A DNA stretch of 64,000 nt from an uncultured Planctomycetaceae bacterium (GTDB lineage: Bacteria > Planctomycetota > Phycisphaerae > SM23-33), in assembly GCA_964385465.1 (NCBI GenBank), contig CAYLPJ010000024.1, forward strand, positions 14,238-78,237. The letters are read 5' to 3'. The notes under the pieces were generated by a model, which saw nothing but the letters and a program-made list of their open reading frames with translations, made no database searches and was not told the DNA's origin. Within the stretch, counting starts at the first letter, position 1. Every line of letters starts with the position of its first letter. Below, one piece after another: positions 29,137 through 38,700 of this stretch. A program made the translations under genes and the position numbers.

Positions 29137-29736
29137 ATGCCCCAACCGCGCGACCACAGCCCGCCGCCGGAGCCGCCCGACCTGACCGGGCGGGAAGTCC
29201 TGCTCGCCGTCAGCGGGGGGATCGCCTGCTACAAGGCCGCGGACCTCGCCAGCCGGCTCGTCCGAGCCGGGGCGGGGGTGTCCGTCGCGATGACCGACGC
29301 GGCCAGGCGGTTCGTCGCGCCGCTGACCTTCCAGGCCCTCACCGGTCGGCGGGCGTTCACGAGCCTGTGGCAGTCCCTGGAGCACCACTCCGGCGAGCAC
29401 TTGGCGCTCACCGAGCGGGCGGACGTGATGGTCGTCGCCCCGGCGACGGCGAACGTGCTGGCCAAGCTCACCGGCGGGATCGCCGACGACCTGGTCTCCA
29501 CGCTCGCGCTGAGCGCCCACGGGGCCTGCGAGCTGCTCGTCGCGCCGGCGATGAACACGCGCATGTGGCAGGCCCCGCCGACGCGCGCGAACATGGCCCG
29601 GCTGGCCGAGTGGGGCGTTCACGTCGTCGGGCCGGCCGAGGGGCGCCTGGCCTGCGGGACGACCGGGCCCGGGCGGATGGCCGAGCCGGGAGAGATCCTT
29701 GCCCGCGTCGCGGAGATCCTTGCTGCGGGGGACTGA
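29137..29736 (+). CDS. coaC: Phosphopantothenoylcysteine decarboxylase (CoaC half of CoaBC)
   Basis: SGGIACYKA, APATAN..AK..GIADDL, PAMN and LACG..G.GRM motifs. Confidence 0.92.
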   Translation: MPQPRDHSPPPEPPDLTGREVLLAVSGGIACYKAADLASRLVRAGAGVSVAMTDAARRFVAPLTFQALTGRRAFTSLWQSLEHHSGEHLALTERADVMVVAPATANVLAKLTGGIADDLVSTLALSAHGACELLVAPAMNTRMWQAPPTRANMARLAEWGVHVVGPAEGRLACGTTGPGRMAEPGEILARVAEILAAGD

Positions 29737-29868
29737 CAGCGGAAGGGCCGCCGGGGGCGGGCGGGGCCTCCCGGACGATCCGCCCGCCGCTTCGCCGCGG
29801 AGCGTTCCTCGGGGCGGCGCGGCGCCGAATCGCTTCCCGCCGGTGATGCCGGCGGATACACTACCCCC

Positions 29869-30498
29869 ATGCGAGTTCTCGTCACCGCCGGGCCGACGCG
29901 CGAGTACCTCGACGACGTGCGGTTCCTCACCAACGCGTCGAGCGGGCGGATGGGCTGCGCCGTGGCCGCGGCCGCCGTGGCCGCCGGGCACGAGGTGACG
30001 CTGCTGATCGGCCCGGTCGCGCTCGAGGCCCCCGCCGGTTGCGACGCCGTGCGGTTCACCTCCGTGGAGGACCTCGCCGCCGCGCTGGGCGAGCGGTTCG
30101 CCGATTGCGACGCGCTGGTCATGGCGGCGGCGGTGGGGGACTTCCGGCCCGAGCAGCGTTGCCGCGGCAAGATCCCGCGCCGCGGCGGGCCGGTGACCGT
30201 CCGGCTGATTCCCACGCCGGACGTTCTGGCCTCGGTCGCCCGCGGCCGAGGGGCCGACCAGCGGGTGGTCGCCTTCGCCGTGGAAGCCCCGCCGCGCGAC
30301 GCCGCGGCCGAGCGGGCCCGCGCCGAGCTGGCCGCCAAGGGCGCCGACATGGTGGTGGTGAACATGCCTTCGGCCATGGGCGCCGCCGACAGCGAGGCGT
30401 GCATCCTGACGGCGGACGCCGTCCTGGCCGGCTGGGCGCGGCGGGCGAAGGCGGAGCTGGCGGAGCTGATCGTCGGTCACCTGCATCGGCCGGGATGA
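29869..30498 (+). CDS. coaB: Phosphopantothenate-cysteine ligase (CoaB half of CoaBC)
   Basis: [33 protein letters not shown] and FAVE motifs. Confidence 0.9.
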   Translation: MRVLVTAGPTREYLDDVRFLTNASSGRMGCAVAAAAVAAGHEVTLLIGPVALEAPAGCDAVRFTSVEDLAAALGERFADCDALVMAAAVGDFRPEQRCRGKIPRRGGPVTVRLIPTPDVLASVARGRGADQRVVAFAVEAPPRDAAAERARAELAAKGADMVVVNMPSAMGAADSEACILTADAVLAGWARRAKAELAELIVGHLHRPG

Positions 30499-30562
30499 GC
30501 TGTTTTCCGGGCGGGGCGGATCGGATATGCTCGGTCGGCCGATGCAGGCTGGAGATATCCGG

Positions 30563-31015
30563 ATGTCCGGTCCGATAACGATAAGGATACGCCGCTCGTC
30601 CGGCTGCGAGGACGTTCCGCCGCCGCGGTACATGTCCGACCACGCCGCCGGGATGGATGTCTGCGCGGCGTGCGAGTCGGAGGTGACCGTTGCCCCCGGC
30701 GAGGTGCAGCTCGTCCCGTGCGGGTTCACCATGGCCGTGCCGGTCGGCTACGAGGCGCAGATGCGCCCCCGCAGCGGGCTGGCGCTGAAACACGGCGTGA
30801 TCCTGCCCAACGCGCCGGGCACGATCGACGCCGACTACCGCGGCGAGGTCTGCGTGATCCTCGCCAACGTGGGGCGCGAGAGCTTCACGGTGCGGCGCGG
30901 CATGCGGATCGCCCAGATGGTGATCGCCCCGGTCTGCCGGGCCGAGGTCGAGGAGGCGGACGTCCTCGACGAGACCGCCCGCGGAGACGGGGGGTTCGGG
31001 CACACCGGCGTCTAG
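30563..31015 (+). CDS. dut: dUTP diphosphatase
   Basis: [27 protein letters not shown] and [10 protein letters not shown] motifs. Confidence 0.97.
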   Translation: MSGPITIRIRRSSGCEDVPPPRYMSDHAAGMDVCAACESEVTVAPGEVQLVPCGFTMAVPVGYEAQMRPRSGLALKHGVILPNAPGTIDADYRGEVCVILANVGRESFTVRRGMRIAQMVIAPVCRAEVEEADVLDETARGDGGFGHTGV

Positions 31016-31080
31016 TGCGACAACAGGGATGTTGAGCAAGCCGCCGCGGGGTTCGCCCCCGGCGGCGGGATGTGCAAAGG

Positions 31081-33633
31081 ATGGCCAAGAAGGACAAATC
31101 CGCCTCGCGGTCCGAGGTGCCCGCGGGCGGCGCCGGGCGCTTCGGGCGATACTGCCTGATTCTCGTGCTGGCCGGGTCGGCCGCGCTGGCCTGGGCCAGC
31201 CTGCTGACCTACTCGCCGACGGACCCCCCGGCGAAGATCGTCGTGCCCCCCAAACGCCCGGTGGACAACCTTGCCGGCGTCGTGGGCGCGTACGTCGCCC
31301 ACAGCCTGCTCTACTGGGTCGGCGGGGGAGCGTACATGGCCCTGCTGTTCGTCACCGTCGCCGCGGCCGTGATGGCCTGCGGCGGACGCGTCGGCGAGTT
31401 GCCCTGGCGCGTCCTCGGGGTGGTCCTGCTCGTGGTGGCCACCAGCAGCGCGATCTACATGGTCGACCCGGTCACCTCCGGCGATCCGCTGACCGGTTCG
31501 GCGGGCATCCTGGGCATCGCCGTCGGACGCCTGCTGCTGACCCGCCTGGCCACCGTCGGCGGGTGGATCGTCCTGCTGGTCTCGTTCGGCATCGGGCTGA
31601 TGCTCGCGGCCGATCACCTCGTCCTCCAGCTTCCCTCGCTGGGCCGGCGTGCCTGGGAGCAGCGCGAGAAGCTCAGCGGCTGGACGGCGGCGCTGCGGCG
31701 TCGCAGCCCCGAGGCCGCGGGTGCCGGCGGCGGCTCGGCGACGGTCTCGGGGCGGTCGCGTCCCCGGCCGGTCACGGCCCGCCCGGTGCGCCCGGGCTCT
31801 GCCAAGCCCGACGCCGGCGAGGACGCCGAAGGCGCCTCGGCGCGTCGCCCGACACCGCCGGGCAAGCCGGAGGCGGAGAAGAAGGACGCCGACAAGGCCG
31901 ATTCGGGTTCCGGCGGCGTCGGCGGACTGGTCCGTCGCCTGCTGCCGGGCGGGGCCGACGATGCCGACGATGCCGACGAAGCCCCCGCGGCCAGGGCGGC
32001 GGCGAAGCCCAAGTCCCAGCCGGCGGCGAAGCCCAAGCCCGCGCCGCCCCCCAGGCCGGCCGGGGGGGCATCCTCCGGCGGGGCCGCGAAGGCGGCCGCA
32101 ACGAACGACGGCGACGGCTACATCCTGCCGCCGCAGACGCTGCTGGAAGCCCCTACCGGGGGGTACATCGAGTCGCAGGAGCACATCGCCGCTCAGCGTC
32201 GCCAGGTGCTCCAGCAGACGCTGGACGACTTCAGCGTGACCGCCGAGGTCGTCGGGCACCAGACCGGGCCGGTCATCACGCTGTTCGAGCTGTCGCTGGC
32301 GCCGGGCGTGAAGGTCTCCCGGGTGGCCAACCTGGCCAACGATATCGCCCGGGCCCTCGCGGTGCCCGGGGTGCGGATCGTCTCCCCGCTGCCCGGGCGG
32401 GACACCGTGGGCATCGAGGTGCCCAACGACGAGAAGGAGATCGTCCGCATCCGCCAGCTCATGCAGTTGGCCGGCGAGGCCGACAATCGCATGCACCTGC
32501 CGCTCTACCTCGGCAAGGACGCCGGGGGCGAGCCCATCGTCGAGGACCTCGCCCGCATGCCGCACATGCTCATCGCCGGGACGACCGGCTCGGGCAAGAG
32601 CGTCTGCATCAACTCCATCATCATCGCCATGCTCATGACCCGCCGGCCCGAGGAGGTGCGGCTGATCCTCGTGGATCCCAAGATGGTCGAGATGGCCGCG
32701 TTCGAGCAGATTCCCCACCTGCTCTGCCCGATCGTCAACGACATGCACAAGGCCGAGGACATCCTGGAGTGGGCGGCGACGAAGATGGACGAGCGGTACG
32801 AGCTGCTCAAGGAGGCCGGCGTGCGGAACATCGCCGGCTACAACAAGCTCAGCGAGAAGGAGATCTACGAGCGGTTCGGCGTCGAGACCGACGAGGAGAA
32901 GGCCCGCGTGCCGACGCGCATGCCCTATTACGTGGTCATCGTCGACGAGCTGGCGGACCTGATCATGACCTCCAGCAAGGAGGTCGAGAACCACATCATT
33001 CGCATCGCCCAGAAGGCCCGCGCGGTGGGCATCCACCTGATCCTCGCGACGCAGCGCCCGAGCGTCAACGTCGTCACCGGCCTGATCAAGAGCAACATGC
33101 CCTGCCGGGCGAGCTTCCGGGTGGCGTCGCGCCAGGAGAGCCGGATCGTGCTGGACCAGAACGGCGCGGAGGTCCTTCTGGGCCAGGGCGACATGCTGTT
33201 CCTGCGCCCGGGCACGAGCACGCTGATCCGCGCCCAGGGCACGTTCGTCGACGACGAGGAGATCCGCGCCGTCGTCAAGTCGCTGGCCAGGAAGTCCTCG
33301 ACAAACTTCCACCCGGAGTTGATGGCCCTGAACTCCAAACCCGCCGGCGACGTCGAGGGCGAGCGGGACGAGCTGTTCGACAAGGCCGTCGAGATCGTCC
33401 TCCAGAGCCAGCGAGGCAGCGTCTCGCTGCTCCAGCGCCGCCTGGCGGTCGGGTACAGCCGGGCCAGCCGCATCATCGATCAGATGGCCGAGGCAGGCCT
33501 GCTGGGCGACTACAAGGGCTCCCAGGCCCGCGAGTGCATGATGACGCTGGAGGAGTGGCACGAGTTCAAGGCGTCGGTCGACGCCGACCAGTCCGGCGCC
33601 AACTCGCTCAACGGCGAGCCGACGAGCGTGTGA
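31081..33633 (+). CDS. ftsK: DNA translocase FtsK
   Basis: N-terminal TMs, linker, GPVITLFE, PHMLIAGTTGSGKS, DELADL, ATQRPS, LLGQGDML and gamma domain SLLQRRL.VGYSRA. Confidence 0.95.
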   Translation: MAKKDKSASRSEVPAGGAGRFGRYCLILVLAGSAALAWASLLTYSPTDPPAKIVVPPKRPVDNLAGVVGAYVAHSLLYWVGGGAYMALLFVTVAAAVMACGGRVGELPWRVLGVVLLVVATSSAIYMVDPVTSGDPLTGSAGILGIAVGRLLLTRLATVGGWIVLLVSFGIGLMLAADHLVLQLPSLGRRAWEQREKLSGWTAALRRRSPEAAGAGGGSATVSGRSRPRPVTARPVRPGSAKPDAGEDAEGASARRPTPPGKPEAEKKDADKADSGSGGVGGLVRRLLPGGADDADDADEAPAARAAAKPKSQPAAKPKPAPPPRPAGGASSGGAAKAAATNDGDGYILPPQTLLEAPTGGYIESQEHIAAQRRQVLQQTLDDFSVTAEVVGHQTGPVITLFELSLAPGVKVSRVANLANDIARALAVPGVRIVSPLPGRDTVGIEVPNDEKEIVRIRQLMQLAGEADNRMHLPLYLGKDAGGEPIVEDLARMPHMLIAGTTGSGKSVCINSIIIAMLMTRRPEEVRLILVDPKMVEMAAFEQIPHLLCPIVNDMHKAEDILEWAATKMDERYELLKEAGVRNIAGYNKLSEKEIYERFGVETDEEKARVPTRMPYYVVIVDELADLIMTSSKEVENHIIRIAQKARAVGIHLILATQRPSVNVVTGLIKSNMPCRASFRVASRQESRIVLDQNGAEVLLGQGDMLFLRPGTSTLIRAQGTFVDDEEIRAVVKSLARKSSTNFHPELMALNSKPAGDVEGERDELFDKAVEIVLQSQRGSVSLLQRRLAVGYSRASRIIDQMAEAGLLGDYKGSQARECMMTLEEWHEFKASVDADQSGANSLNGEPTSV

Positions 33634-33697
33634 GCCCGCCCCGTCGGCGGCCATGCGGCCGTTTCGCCACAGGCCCCCCTGCGCGTACAATGCCCGC

Positions 33698-34813
33698 ATG
33701 AACGACGACGTCGAGAATCCGCCGCGGCCGGCAGACGCTGTGCGTCCCGTCCGCACCGCCTGGATTGCCGGGCCGCGGACCTTCGGGCTCATCGGGCGCG
33801 TGCTCAAGCCCCTGGCCCTCGGGCTCATGGATGAGGTCGTCGAGAGCTTCGCTTTCTGCCCCAGCCCCGGCGAGGAGCCCGAGCCCGACCTGCTGCCCGC
33901 CCACCGCGTGCCCTTCGCCACCGCGCGGTGGTGGTGGCCCTGGGACCGCCCGGCCGAACATCTGCGCGGCGAGCTCAGCAAGCGCAAGATCCAGGTCCTC
34001 CACGCCCTGGACGCCTCGGCGGCGCCGCTGGCCTGCGAGCTCGGCGGCGAGCTGTCGCTGCCGGTGTTCGTCAACAGCTTCGCCGACGGCGACGGCGGCT
34101 GCCTGGCCGAGGTGGCCCGCGACGCCGTCGGCATCCTCGCCGGCTCCGAGCCGATCCGTGCCGCCCTCGCCTCCCGGGGCATCTGGAGCGAGGACCGGCT
34201 GCACCTGATGCGCCCCGGTGTCTACCACGTCCGCAGGCCCACGTGCTTCGGCGACCCCCAACACAGCGTGGCCGTCGTCTGCGGCGGGGACTTCGATCGC
34301 CCCGAGCCCTTCCTGACCGTGCTGGAGACCTTCGCCGAGATCGCCAGGAGAAGCTACGACTGCTCGTTCTTCCTCGTAGGCAGCGGCCCGGCTGAACGGC
34401 AGCTCCGCCGCGCCGCCGACCGCCTGGGCATTCGCACGCTGCTGACCTTTGCCGACGTACACCCCACCGGGCAGCTCACCGGCATCTTCAAGGCCGCCGA
34501 CCTGTACATCAGCCCCCGCCCGCTGGGATCGATCGACATGCGCTCGCTGCTGGCGATGGCCGCCGGGCTGCCCGTCCTGGCCGCGGCGCCGGGCGACGGG
34601 GTCAACGACTTCCTCATCGACGGCGAGACGGCCGCGGGGTACACGCCCGGGGCGGCGGGCGAACTGACCGCCGCGCTGGCCGACCTCCTGGAAGACCGCG
34701 CCCGGGCCCGCTCCCTTGCCGAGGGCGGCCTGGAGCACGTTCACGCCTGCCACAGCCCCGCCGTAAACGTCAGCGCCCTGGCTCACTTCTACCGCCGGGC
34801 GCTGGCGGGGTGA
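33698..34813 (+). CDS. GT4-like (GT-B fold) glycosyltransferase
   Basis: C-terminal LVGSGP....L, ADLYISP, AMAAGLPVLA and DGET motifs. Confidence 0.7.
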   Translation: MNDDVENPPRPADAVRPVRTAWIAGPRTFGLIGRVLKPLALGLMDEVVESFAFCPSPGEEPEPDLLPAHRVPFATARWWWPWDRPAEHLRGELSKRKIQVLHALDASAAPLACELGGELSLPVFVNSFADGDGGCLAEVARDAVGILAGSEPIRAALASRGIWSEDRLHLMRPGVYHVRRPTCFGDPQHSVAVVCGGDFDRPEPFLTVLETFAEIARRSYDCSFFLVGSGPAERQLRRAADRLGIRTLLTFADVHPTGQLTGIFKAADLYISPRPLGSIDMRSLLAMAAGLPVLAAAPGDGVNDFLIDGETAAGYTPGAAGELTAALADLLEDRARARSLAEGGLEHVHACHSPAVNVSALAHFYRRALAG

Positions 34814-34819
34814 TCCGCT

Positions 34820-35236
34820 TCACCAATCCGGCGGACGGCGCATGCGCTTCTTCTCGGCGCGGCGGCGCTTCTTCTCCAGGCGCTTGCGCCTGGACGCGGC
34901 CGTGGGCCTGGTCCGCTTGCGGCGCTTGGGCGGCGGGGCGGCCCGGCGGATCAGGGCGGTAAGCTTGTCCAGGGCCTGCTGGCGGTTCTGCGCCTGGCTG
35001 CGCTCGGCCTGGCTTTCGATGATCAGCACGCCGTCGGATGTCATTCGGCTGCCGGCGAGCTTCTGGATACGGCTTTTCACCGCCGCGGGGAGGTTCGGCG
35101 AATGGGCGACGTCGAACCGCAACTGCACGGCGGTGGCAACCTTGTTGACGTTCTGCCCGCCCGGCCCCGAGGCGCGGATGAACTGCTCGTCGAGTTCGTC
35201 TTCGTGAATCGAGATGTTCCGGGTGATGCGGATCAT
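34820..35236 (-). CDS. arfB: Alternative ribosome rescue peptidyl-tRNA hydrolase ArfB
   Basis: RASGPGGQNVNKV, RSQ.QNR and basic tail RKRTRPT.ASRRKRL. Confidence 0.95.
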   Translation of the reverse strand: MIRITRNISIHEDELDEQFIRASGPGGQNVNKVATAVQLRFDVAHSPNLPAAVKSRIQKLAGSRMTSDGVLIIESQAERSQAQNRQQALDKLTALIRRAAPPPKRRKRTRPTAASRRKRLEKKRRRAEKKRMRRPPDW

Positions 35237-35330
35237 GCAATGCCAGGATAACGGTCGAGAAACAGGGACGGCTGCATTTCCCAAGCGGGCTCGCCGCATC
35301 GTAGCGGCGGCTCGGAAGATGCAGCCGTCC

Positions 35331-36485
35331 CTATTTGCCGGCGGCGGGGGCCTCGGGGAGGGCGGCGAGGTCGTCGATGTCGGCGAGGAAGACATTGCCG
35401 TAGCCGTTGTGGTCCGAGCAGTAGAGGACGCGCAGTCGGCCGGCGGAATCGCGGAAGAGGCGGGGGTGGACGTGGACGATCTGCACGTGGAAGCTCCCGC
35501 GGTGCCACGCCAGCCGCCGCGGCGGGGCGTACTCCCCGTCGCTGAGCTGCCACAGCAGCAGGTAGGGGTTGCCCCCCCCGCCATCGCCGACGATCAGCGA
35601 CTCGTCGACGCTGTGAAAGTGCACCGAGCCGTGCGGAAACGCGCGCTCCGTGCCCTCCGTACCGTCCCAGCGGATCCAGCCGTACACCGGTCGGTCGTTT
35701 ACGCGCCCGTGGTAGCCGACCCGCTCGCCGTCGGCGAACCAGTATTCATGGCCGAGGGCGTCGCCGGGGTTTTCCGGGCGCAGGGGCCGGGCGATCCGCG
35801 TGGGGATGTCCAGCAGCCACATTCGCTGGTCGACGTCCGGCCAAGGCCCTTCGTGACAGAAGGTCAGCACGTCCGGCAGCGTCGGCGAGGTGTTGACGTG
35901 GCCGATCCAGGTGTCCTCCGAGTGCAACAGGCGGTGGACGCCGTCATCGACGTTGACGGCGTAGATCATGCAGCGGGGGCGGGCCTGGTGGTACTCCCGC
36001 ATGCCCGTGTAGCCGTACGACCGGTAGATGCTGTCGGAGAGGTCCTGGTGGACCACGATGCATGCGTACTGCCCGTCGGCGGTGACCGAGACGTTCCCCG
36101 GCTTGTAGCCCTCGGGCGTGGTGAACAGTTCGCGTTGCTGATACGTGTGCAGGTCGAGCGCCCACAGCCGGCGGTCGCGGACGAAGACCAGCTCGTCGCG
36201 CCGCGGGTTGCGGAAGGCCGCCAGCGTTGACGGCGGCGGGTCGCCGGGCGCGAAGTCGGTCAGTTGCGTCAACTCGCCGGTGGCCAGCTCGATGCTGTAG
36301 AAGTTCCTCGCGTTGGCGCGCTCGGAGCCGACGACCAGCCGGCGGCCCTCGTCCCAGAGGCCATCGTTGGTGAAGTACAGGTGGTGGCTGTGGGCGCGGT
36401 GGTCGGTGAGCTGGTGGACGGTCGCGCCGGTGAACGGGTCGGCGGCGGTGCGCATCTCGCCGGGGTGGACCTGGCCGACGGGCAT
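35331..36485 (-). CDS. Oligogalacturonate lyase-like (PL22) beta-propeller protein
   Basis: DPFTG..V.QLT..HHLYF, GHVNTSP, FCHEGPW, GHEYW and HVHP motifs. Confidence 0.8.
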   Translation of the reverse strand: MPVGQVHPGEMRTAADPFTGATVHQLTDHRAHSHHLYFTNDGLWDEGRRLVVGSERANARNFYSIELATGELTQLTDFAPGDPPPSTLAAFRNPRRDELVFVRDRRLWALDLHTYQQRELFTTPEGYKPGNVSVTADGQYACIVVHQDLSDSIYRSYGYTGMREYHQARPRCMIYAVNVDDGVHRLLHSEDTWIGHVNTSPTLPDVLTFCHEGPWPDVDQRMWLLDIPTRIARPLRPENPGDALGHEYWFADGERVGYHGRVNDRPVYGWIRWDGTEGTERAFPHGSVHFHSVDESLIVGDGGGGNPYLLLWQLSDGEYAPPRRLAWHRGSFHVQIVHVHPRLFRDSAGRLRVLYCSDHNGYGNVFLADIDDLAALPEAPAAGK

Positions 36486-36503
36486 GGGGCGTCCTTTCGT
36501 CTG

Positions 36504-37277
36504 TCAGTTGCTGGCGTCGTGAAGCCCGCCGAACCGCCGGTCGCGTGCGGCGAAGGCGCGGAGGGCGTCGCGGAAGTGGTCTTCGGTGAAGTCCGGCCAG
36601 TAGACGTCGGCGACGTGGAACTCGGCGTAGGAGAGCTGCCAGAGCAGGAAGTTGCTGACGCGCATCTCGCCGGAGGTCCGGATGAGCAGGTCGGGGTCGG
36701 GCACGCCGCGGGTGTCCAGCGCATCGGCGATGGCCTGCTCGTCGATGGCCGACGGGGCCAGTTCGCCGGCGGCGACGCGCTGGGCAAGACGGCGGACGCC
36801 GCGGGCGATCTCCGCCCTCGATCCGTAGTTCAGCGCCAGGCACAGGAACATGCCCGTGCAGCCGGCGGTGGCCTCGGTGCAGGCGTCGATCTCGCCCAGC
36901 ACGCTGTCGGGCAGGCCCTCCCGCATACCCACGTGGCGGAAGCGCATGTTGTTGGAGAGCATCGACGGCCGCTCCATCGCGAGGTACTGCGAATAGAGCC
37001 CCATCAGGGTCTCGACCTCCTCGGGGGGGCGGTTCCAGTTCTCGGTGGAGAAGCTGTAGAGCGTCAGGGCGCGGATATCGAGGCGCACGGCCTCGCTGAT
37101 GATCCTCCGGGCGGTCTTGGCGCCCATGGCGTGCCCGGCGGTCCGGGGCAGGCCGCGGGCGCGGGCCCACCGCCCGTTGCCGTCCATGATGATCGCGACC
37201 GATCGCGGCACGCGGTCCGGCGGCAGGCCGAGGGCCTGCTTGGCCTCGCGTACGCTCTCGGGGGTCACGTCGGTCAT
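36504..37277 (-). CDS. uppS: Undecaprenyl diphosphate synthase
   Basis: AIIMDGNGRWA, YSFSTENW.RP, LNYGSR and IRTSGEMRVSNFLLWQ motifs. Confidence 0.96.
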   Translation of the reverse strand: MTDVTPESVREAKQALGLPPDRVPRSVAIIMDGNGRWARARGLPRTAGHAMGAKTARRIISEAVRLDIRALTLYSFSTENWNRPPEEVETLMGLYSQYLAMERPSMLSNNMRFRHVGMREGLPDSVLGEIDACTEATAGCTGMFLCLALNYGSRAEIARGVRRLAQRVAAGELAPSAIDEQAIADALDTRGVPDPDLLIRTSGEMRVSNFLLWQLSYAEFHVADVYWPDFTEDHFRDALRAFAARDRRFGGLHDASN

Positions 37278-38590
37278 GCGCGCAGGCCTCGCACGGCGGT
37301 GTGGTGCTGAATGGTCGCTTCCCGGTCCGGGCCGACCCCCACGAAGCCCACGGGGCGGTCGAGCAGTTCCTCGATGCGCGTGACGTACCGCTGCGCCGGG
37401 GGCGGGAGGTCGTCGAACGTCCGGCAGCCGGTGATCTCCTCGCCCCATCCGTCGAGCGTCTCGTAGACGCACTCGACGCCGTCCATGGCCACGGCGTCGA
37501 AGTCCTCGACGTCGCGCCCGTCGCGGCGGTAGCCGGTGCAGATCTTCAGCTCGTCGAACCCGCTGAGCACGTCCAGCAGGGCCAGGGCGAGCTCGTCGAC
37601 GCCGGAGATGTCGGCGGCGTAGCGGACGGCGAAGGCGTCGAACCAGCCGCAGCGCCGCGGGCGCCCGGTCGTCGTGCCGTACTCGTGCCCGCGATCCCGC
37701 AGGCGGTTGCCGGTCTCGTTGTCCTGCTCGGTGGGGAAGGGCCCGGCGCCGACGCGGCTGGTGTAGGCCTTGATCAGCCCCACGACGGTCCCGACGGCCT
37801 TGGGCGGGACGCCGGAGCCGACGGGCACGCCGCAGGCGGTCACCGGCGAGCTGGTCACGAACGGGTAGGTCCCGTGGTCGATGTCCAGCATGCTGCCCTG
37901 CCCGCCCTCGAAGAGGATCGGCTCGCCGGCCGACACCGCACGCCGCAGCAGCGCCCCGGTGTTGCCGATGATGCCCTCCAGCCGCTCGCCGTAACCGAGG
38001 TACTCCTCGACGATCGCGCCGGCGTCCATCGGCTCGAAATCCTCGTACAGCGCGGCGAAGGCCACGTTCTTTCGCGCGACGATCTCGGCGACCTTCTCCC
38101 GCAGGGCCTCGGGATCGAGCAGTTCCGCCGCCCGGACGGCGGTGGTGCGGCGGGCCTTGTCGGCGTAGCACGGGCCGATGCCCCGCGCGGTCGTGCCGAT
38201 CTTGCCCGCCCCCAGCCGCCGCTCGCTGAGGCGGTCTTCGAGGCGGTGGTAGGGCATGACGACCTGCGCGGCGCCGCTGACGCGGAAGTTCCCGGGTCCG
38301 ACGGCCACGCCGCGGCCGCGGAGCCGGTCGATCTCCTCCATGGCCACGGACGGGTCGAAGGCCACGCCGTTGCCGACGACGTTGACCACGCCCTCGCGGA
38401 GGATGCCGCAGGGGATCAGGTGCAGGGCGTACTTCTCCCCGCCGACGTGCACCGTGTGCCCCGCATTGGCCCCGCCGCAGAAGCGGACCACGTACTTGCT
38501 CACGCGGGAGAGGGCGTCCACGACCTTGCCCTTGCCTTCGTCGCCCCACTGGAGGCCGACGACCGTCACGTTGGGATACGCATCGCCCAT
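37274..38590 (-). CDS. purA: Adenylosuccinate synthetase
   Basis: QWGDEGKGK, GGANAGHT, IGTT.RGIGP, GTYPFVTSS and EYGTTTGRPRRCGW motifs. Confidence 0.97.
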   Translation of the reverse strand: MGDAYPNVTVVGLQWGDEGKGKVVDALSRVSKYVVRFCGGANAGHTVHVGGEKYALHLIPCGILREGVVNVVGNGVAFDPSVAMEEIDRLRGRGVAVGPGNFRVSGAAQVVMPYHRLEDRLSERRLGAGKIGTTARGIGPCYADKARRTTAVRAAELLDPEALREKVAEIVARKNVAFAALYEDFEPMDAGAIVEEYLGYGERLEGIIGNTGALLRRAVSAGEPILFEGGQGSMLDIDHGTYPFVTSSPVTACGVPVGSGVPPKAVGTVVGLIKAYTSRVGAGPFPTEQDNETGNRLRDRGHEYGTTTGRPRRCGWFDAFAVRYAADISGVDELALALLDVLSGFDELKICTGYRRDGRDVEDFDAVAMDGVECVYETLDGWGEEITGCRTFDDLPPPAQRYVTRIEELLDRPVGFVGVGPDREATIQHHTAVRGLRA

Positions 38591-38635
38591 GATGCCCTGC
38601 CTGTTCCAGGTTGCCCTCACGAACACGAGCCGACA

Positions 38636-38663
38636 AGCATACGCCGCGGGGGCGGGCTGTCAA
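38636..38663 (-). promoter_or_regulatory. Putative sigma70 promoter of purA (TTGACA-16-TATGCT)
   Basis: Perfect -35 and near-consensus -10 on the minus strand. Confidence 0.5.
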
Positions 38664-38700
38664 GCGCGTCGTACGACCTGTTTGGCGCCATGCCGCCGGA

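Noticed and set aside
36504-38663. purA-uppS fusion or frameshift suggested by the 719 aa ORF
   Set aside because: uppS has its own ATG at 37277 overlapping the purA stop (ATGA); the upstream extension is an alternate frame of purA.
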